48,042 nt of DNA. Source: an uncultured Bacteroidota bacterium (GTDB lineage: Bacteria; Bacteroidota; Bacteroidia; UKL13-3). Shown piece by piece: positions 18,673 to 28,794 of the stretch. Location of the stretch: contig CAIYNF010000158.1 in assembly GCA_903927505.1 (NCBI GenBank), forward strand, positions 1 to 48,042. Reading direction: 5' to 3'. Every line of letters begins with the position of its first letter. Position 1 is the stretch's first letter. The position numbers were made by a program, and so were the translations under genes. The notes under the pieces are model-generated. The model was not told where the DNA came from and ran no database searches. It saw nothing but the letters and a program-made list of their open reading frames with translations.

Positions 18673-20112
18673 ATGAGTATTCAGTTTATTTCACAAGCAA
18701 AGGCCGCGGCCGAGCAATCAGAGGTTTTTATCCTTTCTAAAAAAGACAAATTAGCCAATTTAGGTTTCACAAAAACTGAAATTGCTTACATTCAAAAAAA
18801 GGAAAAAGCGGGTGATAATTATGTTTTATTGAACCAATTGAACAAGCTAAGTTTTATTCAGTTTAACGACAATTGGTCGAAAAAATCAAATGCTGCCATT
18901 TTAGAAGAATGCCGTTTATTAGGCCACAAAGTTTGTAGCGCTATTAATGCGCATCAATACAATTCTGTGTTTGTTAATTCAAATACAGAATTATCGCAAA
19001 CCATTGCAATTGCGGAGGGTATAGCCTTGAGCAATTACCAATTTCTAAAATATAAATCCGACAAGAAAAACACACATACTTTAGGGAAAATTGCTTTGGC
19101 CAACGATGCTAAAACAAAGAAAGAAACGGCCGAACTTCAAATTTTAGTGAATGCTGTATACAACGCAAGAACATGGGTGAACGAACCTCAATCGTATTTA
19201 GATGCTGTTGTGTTTGCCAAAGAAATTAAAGCGCTTGCCAACAAAAGCGGTTTAAAATGTGAGGTGTTAAATAAAAAGCAAATTGAAGCCCTAAAAATGG
19301 GTGGATTATTAGCCGTAAATAAAGGAAGTAAAACGCCTCCAACATTTAGCATTTTAGAACACAAACCCAAAAATGCCAAAAACAAAAAACCATTGGTTTT
19401 AGTGGGCAAAGGCGTTGTATACGATACGGGAGGATTGAGTTTGAAGCCAACTCCCAATTCTATGGATACCATGAAATGTGACATGGCAGGTGCGGCAGCT
19501 GTAGTTTCGGCTATTTCGGCTATTTCATTGGCACAGCTTCCATACCATGTAATTGCATTGGTACCTTCTACAGACAACAGACCGGGCGAAAATGCCTACA
19601 CTCCTGGCGATGTGGTTACCATGTACGATGGACAAACAGTGGAAGTATTAAATACAGATGCTGAAGGCAGAATGCTATTAGGTGATGCCTTGGCTTATGC
19701 AAAAAAATACCAACCATCTTTGGTTTTAGATTTCGCAACACTAACAGGTGCCGCTGCTGCAGCCATTGGCTCTTTTGGAACCGTGTGCATGGGAACAGCT
19801 GATGAAAAAATAAAAAATCAACTGAAAATTGCAGGTGAAACCACTCATGAGCGATTGGTGGAGTTTCCTTTTTGGGATGATTATGCCAAGCTTATCAATA
19901 GTGATTTAGCCGATATGAAAAACATTGGCGGTCCGGTTGGTGGAGCCATTACAGCTGGAAAATTCTTGGAAAAATTTACCGATTACCCTTGGATGCATTT
20001 TGATATAGCTGGTCCAGCTTTTTTAAATGCAGCCGACCAATACCGTGGCAAGCAGGGAACAGGTGTAGGTGTTAGATTGATATTTGAATTCGTGAAACAA
20101 TTGAGCAAATAA
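18673..20112 (+). CDS. pepA: Leucyl aminopeptidase (peptidase M17)
   Basis: VGKGVVYDTGG, MKCDMAG, NTDAEGR, ATLTGA, HFDIAG. ATG at 18673 preferred over TTG at 18601. Confidence 0.95.
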   Translation: MSIQFISQAKAAAEQSEVFILSKKDKLANLGFTKTEIAYIQKKEKAGDNYVLLNQLNKLSFIQFNDNWSKKSNAAILEECRLLGHKVCSAINAHQYNSVFVNSNTELSQTIAIAEGIALSNYQFLKYKSDKKNTHTLGKIALANDAKTKKETAELQILVNAVYNARTWVNEPQSYLDAVVFAKEIKALANKSGLKCEVLNKKQIEALKMGGLLAVNKGSKTPPTFSILEHKPKNAKNKKPLVLVGKGVVYDTGGLSLKPTPNSMDTMKCDMAGAAAVVSAISAISLAQLPYHVIALVPSTDNRPGENAYTPGDVVTMYDGQTVEVLNTDAEGRMLLGDALAYAKKYQPSLVLDFATLTGAAAAAIGSFGTVCMGTADEKIKNQLKIAGETTHERLVEFPFWDDYAKLINSDLADMKNIGGPVGGAITAGKFLEKFTDYPWMHFDIAGPAFLNAADQYRGKQGTGVGVRLIFEFVKQLSK

Positions 20113-20138
20113 CCTTGCTTTAAAATGGAATTAGTAAA

Positions 20139-21206
20139 ATGAGTAAATTACCAATAATAGGTATAACCATGGGTGATATGAATAGTATTGCCACAGAAGT
20201 TATTATAAAAACATTAGTTGATCACCGCATTAATGATTATTGCATCCCCGTGGTGTATGGTTCGCCAAAAGTTATTTCCTATTGGAAAAAAATTATTGGT
20301 TTACCCGACTTCCAATTGAACATTATTACTAATTTGGATCAGCTTAACCCAAAGCGCTCAAATATTTTGGTTTGTTGGGAAGAAGAAACCGAAATTAAAC
20401 CTGGCGAGGCAACTGAATTGGCTGGTAAATACGCATTTAAAGCTTTGGAAGCCGCTACCAAAGATGCTGTTGCCGGAAAATTACACGCTATTGTAACAGC
20501 ACCCTTAAATAAAAATACAGTAAGCGCCACAAGTCCAAATTTTAAAGGACATACAGAATATCTGGCACAACAAGCGGGTTCGGATCATTTAATGGTGCTT
20601 ACGGCAGATGAACTTAAAATGGCATTGGTTACAGGCCATATGCCCGTTAAAGATGTGTCTGCAGCCTTAAGTATTGAATTGATTCAAAACAAAATTAAAT
20701 TGTTAAACGATAGCCTAAAACAAGATTTCGGTATTGTAAAGCCTAGAATTGCCGTTTTAGGATTGAACCCACATGCTGGCGACAATGGCCTTTTGGGCAG
20801 TGAAGAAAAGGAAATAATAATCCCTGCAGTAGATCGTGCTAAAAACGATAAGCAAATTTTGGTGATGGGCCCCTACCCTGCAGATGGCTTTTTTGGTTCG
20901 AACCAATACAAAAAGTTTGACGGCATTTTGGCAATGTACCACGACCAAGGTTTGGTACCCTTTAAATATGCGGCCTTTGATTCTGGGGTTAACTTTACGG
21001 CAGGCTTGCCATTTGTAAGAACTTCTCCCGACCACGGAACAGCCTTTGATATTGCCGGTAAAAATGAGGCAAACGAACAATCGATGCGAAATGCCTTGTA
21101 TTTGGCAGTAGATATTTGGGCCCAAAGAAACAATTTCAAGGAAATTAATGAAAATCCGCTCCCAATGAACCCAGGAAAAAGGGAACGCTTTAGAATTGAT
21201 TTTTAA
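20139..21206 (+). CDS. pdxA: 4-hydroxythreonine-4-phosphate dehydrogenase
   Basis: GHTEYL, LNPHAGD.G, MYHDQG, RTSPDHGTAFDIAG. Confidence 0.96.
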   Translation: MSKLPIIGITMGDMNSIATEVIIKTLVDHRINDYCIPVVYGSPKVISYWKKIIGLPDFQLNIITNLDQLNPKRSNILVCWEEETEIKPGEATELAGKYAFKALEAATKDAVAGKLHAIVTAPLNKNTVSATSPNFKGHTEYLAQQAGSDHLMVLTADELKMALVTGHMPVKDVSAALSIELIQNKIKLLNDSLKQDFGIVKPRIAVLGLNPHAGDNGLLGSEEKEIIIPAVDRAKNDKQILVMGPYPADGFFGSNQYKKFDGILAMYHDQGLVPFKYAAFDSGVNFTAGLPFVRTSPDHGTAFDIAGKNEANEQSMRNALYLAVDIWAQRNNFKEINENPLPMNPGKRERFRIDF

Positions 21207-21295
21207 TAAATTTAGTTTTTTTGACCTAAATAGAGGGGGTTTAGACCCCCAAACTCAATTTAGTGACTTGATTTTCAAGTAATTTTCAAAAATAA

Positions 21296-21326
21296 TTGAG
21301 TTTTTTACCACCAAACCTTATCTTTG
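21296..21326 (+). promoter_or_regulatory. Housekeeping promoter of the yceD-rpmF-plsX-fabH operon
   Basis: TTG at 21296-21298, 20-nt spacer, then TATCTTTG at 21319-21326 (-33/-7 architecture). Confidence 0.75.
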
Positions 21327-21338
21327 CGAGCTATTATA

Positions 21339-21899
21339 ATGGGAACGAGGTCGAAAGCATACCTAATTGAATTCAATAAGCTTGTTGCAGGGCAAAACGA
21401 ATTTGATTTTACTTTAGATAAACAGTTTTTATCGGAATTGGAATATGCGCCGATAGAAAATTGTGAAGTTAAAGTAGACTTAAAGTTAATAAAATCAGAA
21501 CATATGTATGACCTGAGGTTTGACTTTAATGGAAAAGCAAGGGTAGCCTGCGACACTTGTGCAGAGGAGATAGATTTGCCAATTCATCAAAAATTTGGCT
21601 TACTTATTAAACTCAGTGAGGTAAACAATTTCGATGACAGCGAGATTATTTACATTGCGCGCACAGAAATAGACTTCGACCTAAAGCAGTATTTGTATGA
21701 AAGCCTATTATTAGCGCTTCCACCCAAGAAAAACTGCGATGATTTAGCCGATCCAAAGCCATGTAACGAAGAGGTATTGGATAGATTGAACCATATAGAG
21801 GAATTTGATGAAGATGAGGAAGATATAGCTGATGGAGAGGGAGACTCCCCAAAAGACAATGATCCTCGTTGGAATAAATTAAAAGATTTGCTTAACTAA
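21339..21899 (+). CDS. yceD: YceD/DUF177 family protein
   Basis: CDTC motif, E..LLALP, C-terminal DPRW.KLK; directly upstream of rpmF. The ORF-track TTG start lies inside the -7 box. Confidence 0.9.
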   Translation: MGTRSKAYLIEFNKLVAGQNEFDFTLDKQFLSELEYAPIENCEVKVDLKLIKSEHMYDLRFDFNGKARVACDTCAEEIDLPIHQKFGLLIKLSEVNNFDDSEIIYIARTEIDFDLKQYLYESLLLALPPKKNCDDLADPKPCNEEVLDRLNHIEEFDEDEEDIADGEGDSPKDNDPRWNKLKDLLN

Positions 21900-21923
21900 A
21901 AAATTAATAAGGAGACATATAAA

Positions 21924-22109
21924 ATGCCAAATCCAAAACGTAAAATCTCAAACTCAAGACGCGATAAGCGCAGAACGCACTACAAAGGCGCTAACCCAAC
22001 TACATCTGTAGATGCAACTTCAGGCGAAACACACTTGCGTCACCGCGTAACTGCAAACGGTTACTACAAAGGCAAATTGGCCTTTCCAGATATGCAAAAA
22101 GATATCTAA
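21924..22109 (+). CDS. rpmF: 50S ribosomal protein L32 (Cys-free type)
   Basis: [26 protein letters not shown]. Confidence 0.96.
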   Translation: MPNPKRKISNSRRDKRRTHYKGANPTTSVDATSGETHLRHRVTANGYYKGKLAFPDMQKDI

Positions 22110-22142
22110 TTGCTTATTATTTCCCGCTGAAATTCCGTTTTA

Positions 22143-23102
22143 ATGAAAATAGGTTTTGACATTATGGGGGGCGATTATGCCCCAAAGGAAGCAATTGCCG
22201 GTGCAATTTTTGCCCAAAAGGAACTTGGCGACAAAACGAAAATCGTTTTAATAGGCGATAGGGACCAGGCAATTCACCACCTTCAAAACGAAGGTGCCAA
22301 TCCTGACGACTTTGAAATTGTTCATACTACCGAGGTAATTGGTATGGGTGAACATCCTACAAAAGCCATTTCACAAAAGAAAGACTCTAGTATTTCTGTT
22401 GGTTTTGGACTTTTAGCCCATAAAAAAATTGACGCCTTTGTTAGCGCCGGTAACACGGGAGCTATGCTTGTTGGTGCAATGTTTTCTGTAAAACCAATTG
22501 AAGGTGTAATTAGACCTTGTATTACCGCAATGGTGCCTAAGGCTAAAGGCGGTGTTGGTTTAATCTTAGATGTTGGAGCCAATGCAGATTGTAAACCAGA
22601 CGTACTCTACCAATTCGGAATTTTAGGCTCCCTTCTTTTGCAACATGTATACAAAATGCCCGACCCTAAAGTTGGCTTATTAAGTATTGGCGAAGAGAAA
22701 GAAAAAGGAAACTTGGTGACCATTTCGGCGCACCATATGATGGAAGATACTAATCATTTTCATTTTATTGGAAATGTTGAAGGTAGAGACATCATATCCG
22801 ACAAAGTAGATGTGATAGTTTGTGAAGGATTTACTGGCAATGTAGTATTGAAAGCACTTGAATCTATGCACTATGTGCTTCGTAAACGTGGCATTGAAGA
22901 CGATTATTTAGAAAGTTTTAACTACGAGAATTTTGGAGGTACGCCAATTTTAGGCGTAAATGCGCCAGTAATTATTGGACATGGCATTTCTAATGCCAAA
23001 GCCTTCAAAAATATGATTTTATCGGCACGTGATGTGGTTGATTCCAACTTGGTTCAAATCATACATGATGCCTTTCAAAACCTCGTTCCACCCTCACAAT
23101 AA
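22143..23102 (+). CDS. plsX: Phosphate acyltransferase PlsX
   Basis: D.MGGD.AP, SAGNTGA, LDVGAN.D, GF.GNV.LK, IGHG.S. Confidence 0.96.
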   Translation: MKIGFDIMGGDYAPKEAIAGAIFAQKELGDKTKIVLIGDRDQAIHHLQNEGANPDDFEIVHTTEVIGMGEHPTKAISQKKDSSISVGFGLLAHKKIDAFVSAGNTGAMLVGAMFSVKPIEGVIRPCITAMVPKAKGGVGLILDVGANADCKPDVLYQFGILGSLLLQHVYKMPDPKVGLLSIGEEKEKGNLVTISAHHMMEDTNHFHFIGNVEGRDIISDKVDVIVCEGFTGNVVLKALESMHYVLRKRGIEDDYLESFNYENFGGTPILGVNAPVIIGHGISNAKAFKNMILSARDVVDSNLVQIIHDAFQNLVPPSQ

Positions 23103-24109
23103 TGACAAAAATTACTGCAGCTATTACAGCAATTAATGGATACGTTCCACCTGATTTGCTAACCAATAAAGATTTGGAATTGCTGGTAGACACTTCCGAC
23201 GAGTGGATAACCTCTCGCACTGGAATTAAAGAACGACATATATTAAAAGGTGCTGGTTTGGCTACTTCAGATATGGCGGTAGAAGCAGTAAATGGCTTGT
23301 TAAAAAAACGTGGTATTTCTGCAGAAGAAATTGATTTGATTATTGTGGCAACTGTAACGCCCGATATGGTTTTCCCTTCAACAGCCTGCATTTTAGCCGA
23401 TAAAATTGGTGCAAAAAACGCCTTTGCTTATGATTTAATGGCAGCCTGCTCTGGCTTCCTTTTCTCTTTGCAAACTGGCGCAACCTTTATTGAGGCTGGA
23501 AAATATAAAAAAGTACTAGTTGTAGGCGGAGATAAAATGTCGTCTATTATTGATTATACCGACCGTAACACTTGTATTATTTTTGGGGATGGTTGCGGTG
23601 CCGTTCTATTAGAACCCAATACAGAAGGTTTAGGTATCATTGACTCAGTTTTAAAATCTGATGGCAATGGCCGTCATTTTTTACACCAAAAAGCGGGTGG
23701 ATCTTTAAAACCACCTACACATGAAACCATTGATGCGAAAGAACATTTCGTATTTCAAGATGGAAAATCGGTATTTAAATTTGCGGTTACCAATATGGCT
23801 GATGTTTCTGCCCAAATTATGGAAAGAAACAATTTAACTGCCGATGATATTAGTTGGTTGGTTCCACATCAAGCTAATTTGAGAATTATTGATGCAACAG
23901 CAGAAAGAATGGGCCTAAGTAAAGAAAAAGTAATGATAAACATTGACAGGTATGGAAATACCACCAATGGCACATTACCTCTTTGTTTATGGGAATGGGA
24001 AAGCAAATTAAAAAAAGGCGATAACTTGGTATTGGCTGCTTTTGGTGGAGGTTTTACTTGGGGAGCCATTTATTTAAAATGGGCTTACGACACCCCTGCT
24101 GAAAAGTAA
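23102..24109 (+). CDS. fabH: Beta-ketoacyl-ACP synthase III
   Basis: AACSGF, FGDG.GA, PHQAN.RI, YGNT, FGGG.TWG; TAATG coupling to plsX. Confidence 0.97.
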   Translation: MTKITAAITAINGYVPPDLLTNKDLELLVDTSDEWITSRTGIKERHILKGAGLATSDMAVEAVNGLLKKRGISAEEIDLIIVATVTPDMVFPSTACILADKIGAKNAFAYDLMAACSGFLFSLQTGATFIEAGKYKKVLVVGGDKMSSIIDYTDRNTCIIFGDGCGAVLLEPNTEGLGIIDSVLKSDGNGRHFLHQKAGGSLKPPTHETIDAKEHFVFQDGKSVFKFAVTNMADVSAQIMERNNLTADDISWLVPHQANLRIIDATAERMGLSKEKVMINIDRYGNTTNGTLPLCLWEWESKLKKGDNLVLAAFGGGFTWGAIYLKWAYDTPAEK

Positions 24110-24154
24110 TTTTGGCAAAATTTCCAAAAGAGTTTGCCTTTTCATTTTTTTAGA

Positions 24155-24162
24155 TAATTTTG
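24155..24162 (+). promoter_or_regulatory. -7 promoter box upstream of accB
   Basis: TAATTTTG 19 nt before the ATG. Confidence 0.55.
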
Positions 24163-24181
24163 ACTTATTAATACGAATATT

Positions 24182-24640
24182 ATGGAATTAAAAGAAATAA
24201 AAGAACTAATTAAATTGGTTTCTGACTCAGGTGTTTCTGAAGTAGATATTACAAAAGGTGATTTCAAAATTGCCATCAAAAAGCACGAAGAAAAAACTGT
24301 TGTAATGCAAGCACCACAAGCTTATGCACCAACCCAAGCGCCAGCAGCAATTGAAAGATTAGAGGCTCCAGCAGTAAAAACAGAAACTGTTGCAGGTAAT
24401 TTTATTACCATTAAATCGCCAATGATTGGAACCTACTACAAATCGCAATCACCAGATAAAGCAGCATTTGTACAAGTGGGTGATGAAATAAAAGTTGGTC
24501 AGGTTTTGTGCATCGTAGAAGCCATGAAATTATTCAATGAAATTGAATCAGAGGTTTCTGGTAAAATTGTGAAAATATTGGTAGAGAATGCCTCTCCAAT
24601 TGAATACGACCAGCCATTGTTCTTGGTTGAACCTAAATAA
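24182..24640 (+). CDS. accB: Acetyl-CoA carboxylase biotin carboxyl carrier protein
   Basis: SPM.GT.Y, EAMKL biotinylation site, Ala/Pro linker. Confidence 0.97.
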   Translation: MELKEIKELIKLVSDSGVSEVDITKGDFKIAIKKHEEKTVVMQAPQAYAPTQAPAAIERLEAPAVKTETVAGNFITIKSPMIGTYYKSQSPDKAAFVQVGDEIKVGQVLCIVEAMKLFNEIESEVSGKIVKILVENASPIEYDQPLFLVEPK

Positions 24641-24696
24641 TTTACCCCCGGTAAATTCATTTCAAATTCAATTGCTTTCATAAATTTAAACTTCAA

Positions 24697-26043
24697 ATGT
24701 TCAAAAAAATACTCATAGCCAATAGAGGAGAAATTGCCTTAAGAATTATCCGTACTGCGCGAGAGATGGGGATTAAAACCGTTGCCGTATATTCTACTGC
24801 CGACCGTGATAGCCTTCATGTTCGATTTGCAGACGAAGCGGTTTGTATTGGTCCTCCCCCATCGGCGCAATCTTACTTAAGTATTCCAAATATTATTGCT
24901 GCAGCTGAAATTACCAATGCAGACGCTATACATCCTGGTTATGGTTTCCTTTCTGAGAATGCTAAATTCTCTCAAGTATGCCGTGATCATGGTATTAAGT
25001 TTATTGGCGCAAGCCCAGAGATGATTAACTCTATGGGCGATAAAGCAAACGCAAAAGATACCATGAGGAAAGCAGGTGTGCCTGTGGTTCCTGGATCTGA
25101 TGGTTTAATTAGCGGCCCAGAAGAAGGCATAAAAATTGCCAAAGAAATTGGCTATCCTGTAATTATCAAAGCTACTGCCGGTGGCGGTGGCAGAGGGATG
25201 CGCATTATTTGGAACGACGAAGAGTTTGAAAAAAATTGGGACAGTGCCAAACAAGAATCTGCCGCAGCTTTTGGAAACGATGGTATCTACATGGAAAAAT
25301 TTGTAGAAGAACCTCGTCATATAGAAATTCAATTGGCAGGTGATCAATACGGAAAAGTTTGTCACCTCTCTGAAAGAGACTGTTCGATCCAACGCAGACA
25401 TCAAAAATTGGTTGAGGAAAGTCCTTCTCCATTTATGACAGATGAATTGCGTGAAGCCATGGGAAATGCAGCCGTTGCTGGTGCATCCGCCATTGGCTAT
25501 GAAGGTTTGGGAACCATTGAATTTCTGGTTGACAAGCACAGAAATTTCTACTTCATGGAAATGAATACCCGTATACAAGTTGAACATCCAGTTACTGAAG
25601 AAGTAATTAATTTCGACTTGGTAAAAGAGCAAATTTTAATTGCTGCTGGTGTTCCAATTAGTGGTAGAAATTATTATCCATCACGCCACTCTATTGAAGT
25701 GCGTATCAATGCGGAAGACCCATACAATAATTTTCGTCCTACACCGGGAAGAATAGACTACTTGCACAAACCAGGTGGCCATGGTGTGAGGGTTGATACC
25801 CATATTTACGCAGGATATACCATTCCAAGTAATTATGATAGTATGATTGCAAAAATGATTGTTACGGCACAAACACGTGAAGAAGCAATTATTAAAATGG
25901 AAAGAGCCTTGGGTGAATTTATTATTGAAGGTCCTGGATTAAAAACTACCATTCCTCTTCAAATGAAATTGATGCAAAATGAAGATTTCAAAAAAGGTAA
26001 TTTCACTACTGCCTTCATGAATACTTTTGATATCAATAAATAA
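24697..26043 (+). CDS. accC: Acetyl-CoA carboxylase biotin carboxylase
   Basis: [38 protein letters not shown]. Confidence 0.97.
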   Translation: MFKKILIANRGEIALRIIRTAREMGIKTVAVYSTADRDSLHVRFADEAVCIGPPPSAQSYLSIPNIIAAAEITNADAIHPGYGFLSENAKFSQVCRDHGIKFIGASPEMINSMGDKANAKDTMRKAGVPVVPGSDGLISGPEEGIKIAKEIGYPVIIKATAGGGGRGMRIIWNDEEFEKNWDSAKQESAAAFGNDGIYMEKFVEEPRHIEIQLAGDQYGKVCHLSERDCSIQRRHQKLVEESPSPFMTDELREAMGNAAVAGASAIGYEGLGTIEFLVDKHRNFYFMEMNTRIQVEHPVTEEVINFDLVKEQILIAAGVPISGRNYYPSRHSIEVRINAEDPYNNFRPTPGRIDYLHKPGGHGVRVDTHIYAGYTIPSNYDSMIAKMIVTAQTREEAIIKMERALGEFIIEGPGLKTTIPLQMKLMQNEDFKKGNFTTAFMNTFDINK

Positions 26044-26054
26044 TTAATTAAAAC

Positions 26055-26092
26055 AAAAAGGAGTCGAAACATCAGTTTCGGCTCCTTTTTTT
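26055..26092 (+). terminator. Intrinsic terminator after accC
   Basis: AAAAAGGAGTCGAAAC-ATCA-GTTTCGGCTCCTTTTTTT. Confidence 0.9.
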
Positions 26093-26104
26093 ATGCAAAA
26101 TTGA

Positions 26105-26338
26105 ATGCTAGAATTCTTAATCATGCAGCTTATTTATCCGCCAATAATGGGCTATTTGGCCACTACCAAAGGCTATAGATACTGGACATGGGCAATTATT
26201 GGATTCTTTGTTCCAGTGGTTTCAATCTTCATTTTATTTGCTTTAAAGAAACGCCCTATTAAAATAGATGAATCTAAAATAGTTACCTATGAGTGCAAGG
26301 ACAAGGTGCTATTTAGAAAAGACGAGCTATTTGTTTGA
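26105..26338 (+). CDS. Small hypothetical membrane protein
   Basis: 77 aa with two hydrophobic segments followed by a basic KKR; fills the intergenic gap. Confidence 0.6.
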   Translation: MLEFLIMQLIYPPIMGYLATTKGYRYWTWAIIGFFVPVVSIFILFALKKRPIKIDESKIVTYECKDKVLFRKDELFV

Positions 26339-26373
26339 TCAAATTGCCATTAGCAAAAATGCAGCAACAAAGC

Positions 26374-26381
26374 TATTTTTG
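26374..26381 (+). promoter_or_regulatory. -7 promoter box 5 nt before the redoxin ATG
   Basis: TATTTTTG matches TAnnTTTG. Confidence 0.5.
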
Positions 26382-26386
26382 TTTCT

Positions 26387-26941
26387 ATGCGTAGCCTTTT
26401 CATTTTTTTGAGTTTTTTATTGATTGAAAGCAATACCAATTTAACACAAATTGAATTGACAAATCTTTCAGGCCAAATAGAAAAAATCAACTTAGCAAAA
26501 GGCCCTAAAGGAACGGTATTGTTTTTCCTTTCACCTGAATGTCCGCTATGCCAAAGTTACTCATTAACCATCAATAAGCTACAAAAGACCTACGCAAACA
26601 AAGGGTTTCAGTTTATTGCCATCATTCCAGGGAAAGAATTTTCTAAAGAAAGTGTCATTGAATTTAGAAACCATTACCAATTAAAGGGACTGCAATTTTG
26701 GTTCGACCCAAAACTTGAATTGGTTAAATTTACCCAAGCAAGTATTACCCCAGAAGCAATTGTATTTAATGCAAAAGGACAGAAATTATACCAAGGAAGA
26801 ATAGACAATTGGGCTTATGAATTGGCAAGAAAACGCAAGGTAATTACCGCGCATGAATTACAAGATGTGTTAATACAATTGGATCAAAAGAAGGAAGTAA
26901 AATTCCGTAAAACCAAAGCTGTAGGATGTTTTATCAATTAA
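26387..26941 (+). CDS. Exported redoxin (AhpC/TSA-like thioredoxin fold)
   Basis: Hydrophobic N-terminus; CPLC, TPEA cis-Pro loop, Y.GRIDN, C-terminal VGC.I. Confidence 0.85.
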   Translation: MRSLFIFLSFLLIESNTNLTQIELTNLSGQIEKINLAKGPKGTVLFFLSPECPLCQSYSLTINKLQKTYANKGFQFIAIIPGKEFSKESVIEFRNHYQLKGLQFWFDPKLELVKFTQASITPEAIVFNAKGQKLYQGRIDNWAYELARKRKVITAHELQDVLIQLDQKKEVKFRKTKAVGCFIN

Positions 26942-28284
26942 GTAAAATTACATTGATTTGCCTGTTGCTTGCGGCTTGCCAGCAACAAAACTCTTTACCG
27001 AAGGAAGGCGAACCTGTTTTGTTTACAGAACATATTGCCCCTATTGTGCATGCCAATTGCAGCAAATGCCATAATGCCGCTGGCGCAGCGCCCTTTCAAT
27101 TGATTACCTATAAAGATGTGGCTAGTAAATCCAAATTGCTTGCTTATGTTACTGAAAAAAGAATTATGCCGCCATGGCCTGCCGATCCTGAATACACGCA
27201 TTTTGCCAATGAAACATATTTGAGTGATGCCCAAATTAATCTCATTGCACGTTGGGTAGCTGGTGGCTGCCTTCCGGGAGATACCGCTAATTTGGTTCGA
27301 CCCGAAATTTTGGAGAAACAATGGCAGCCTGCAAAACCAGATTTGATAATAAGAATGCCTAAACCCATTCAAGTTAAAGGCAATAATACCGATATGTTTT
27401 TGGTGGTAAAAATCCCTTTTGAATTACCAAGAGATACTTTTATTAGAGCCATTGAATTTGTGCCTGGAAACAAACGTTTGGTACACCACATGAATGCACA
27501 CATTATTCAGTTTGAACCTGGCAAAAAGAAATTATTAGACACATCAATTTTTTGGGTGAACCAAGACCAAACTAAAAGTCAGACCATACACAGAGAATTA
27601 GGCTTACTTAATGATGATGGCAGTTACGCCCCAATGACACCAAGTGTTTGCAATTATTTACCTGGAGCTCAATTTAGTTTTTACCCCAATGAAATTGGTT
27701 CGTATAAAATTGGCAAGAAAAATGCCTTTTATTTAAACGATATGCATTTTGGACCGAGCCCTGTTGATGAATTAGACAGCAGTTATTTTAAGATTTATTA
27801 TTCGGATAAGGCGCCCAAAAGACCTGTTTCAGAATTTCAAATTGGTACTTTGGGATTGGCACCCGTGGTACCCAAATTAGAGGTAAAAGCGAATGAGGTA
27901 AAGATATTTCATATTACTTTTCCTGTGGTTCAGGATATTTCTATTTTAACTTTGGTTCCTCACATGCATTTGATTGGAAAGAAATTTTGGGCCTATGCCA
28001 TCAAACCAAGTGGTGATACCATTAGGTTGATTCGCATAAACAATTGGGATTTTAGGTGGCAATATTTTTACCAACCCAAAACCTTATTAAAAATCCCAAG
28101 GGGTTCTGTCATATATGTGGAGGGTGTATATGACAATACGGCTTCAAACCCCAACAATCCGTTTAACCCACCAAGAACAATTGCCGAAAGAAATGGCAGC
28201 ATGAAAACCACGGATGAGATGTTTCAGCTGATTGTAACATATGTGCCCTATAAAAAAGGGGATGAGACGATTTCCATAAAATAA
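26926..28284 (+). CDS. Lipoprotein with cytochrome c motif fused to a copper type II (PHM/DBH-like) monooxygenase-like domain
   Basis: Lipobox LAAC; CSKCH; MPPW; VHHM, MHF, PHMH..GK, WDF.WQ..Y, YDNT, T.DEM motifs. Confidence 0.8.
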   Translation: MFYQLSKITLICLLLAACQQQNSLPKEGEPVLFTEHIAPIVHANCSKCHNAAGAAPFQLITYKDVASKSKLLAYVTEKRIMPPWPADPEYTHFANETYLSDAQINLIARWVAGGCLPGDTANLVRPEILEKQWQPAKPDLIIRMPKPIQVKGNNTDMFLVVKIPFELPRDTFIRAIEFVPGNKRLVHHMNAHIIQFEPGKKKLLDTSIFWVNQDQTKSQTIHRELGLLNDDGSYAPMTPSVCNYLPGAQFSFYPNEIGSYKIGKKNAFYLNDMHFGPSPVDELDSSYFKIYYSDKAPKRPVSEFQIGTLGLAPVVPKLEVKANEVKIFHITFPVVQDISILTLVPHMHLIGKKFWAYAIKPSGDTIRLIRINNWDFRWQYFYQPKTLLKIPRGSVIYVEGVYDNTASNPNNPFNPPRTIAERNGSMKTTDEMFQLIVTYVPYKKGDETISIK

Positions 28285-28285
28285 C

Positions 28286-28367
28286 GTAGGGACAGATCAT
28301 GTTGTAGGGACAGGTCATGTTGTAGGGACAGGTCGCGACCTGTCCCTACATCGCGACCTGTCCTTAC
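28286..28367. repeat. GTAG-family REP-like palindromic repeat cluster
   Basis: Two 18-nt GTAGGGACAG(A/G)TCATGTT units, a perfect 28-bp palindrome GTAGGGACAGGTCGCGACCTGTCCCTAC (28322-28349), then an extra right half. Confidence 0.88.
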
Positions 28368-28374
28368 CCTTACA

Positions 28375-28794
28375 TTAACAATATTCTTCGAATGCGGCTT
28401 GTAGGTTTTGCGAGATCATTTCTGCGCTGCGACCTTCAATCATGTGACGCTCGATAAAATGTACCAAGTTGCCATCTTTAAACAATGCGATTGATGGAGA
28501 TGAAGGTGGGTAAGGCAAGGTAAACTCGCGTGCTTTGGCAACGGCATCGGCTTCTTGACCAGCGAATACGGTAAGTAACTCGCTAGGTTTTTTATCTGTA
28601 GATGTTACAGCATTAATTACACCTGGCCTGCAAGTACCGGCAGCACAGCCACAAACACTATTAAAAACAAGCAATTGTGTGCCTTGTTTGCTGTTCATTT
28701 TATTTTCAACTTCTGAAGCGCTCATTAGTGAAGTGAAGCCAACAGCTTCTAATTGTTGTCTCATTGGAGCAACTAACATTTCTGGGTATGCCAT
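28375..28794 (-). CDS. BrxA/BrxB family bacilliredoxin
   Basis: NSVCGCAAG..RP, TVFAGQ, PPSSPS.ALFKDG, RH.IEG. Confidence 0.93.
   Translation of the reverse strand: MAYPEMLVAPMRQQLEAVGFTSLMSASEVENKMNSKQGTQLLVFNSVCGCAAGTCRPGVINAVTSTDKKPSELLTVFAGQEADAVAKAREFTLPYPPSSPSIALFKDGNLVHFIERHMIEGRSAEMISQNLQAAFEEYC

Noticed and set aside
21235-21250. GGGGGT-TTAG-ACCCCC hairpin after pdxA
   Set aside because: Only 6 bp with no U-tract on the plus strand; too weak to call.
21790-21870. Acidic low-complexity run in YceD
   Set aside because: Variable acidic linkers before the DPRW motif are usual in this family.
21924-22109. Cys-free L32 as a zinc-starvation paralogue
   Set aside because: It sits in the core yceD-rpmF-plsX operon, and Cys-free L32 is common.
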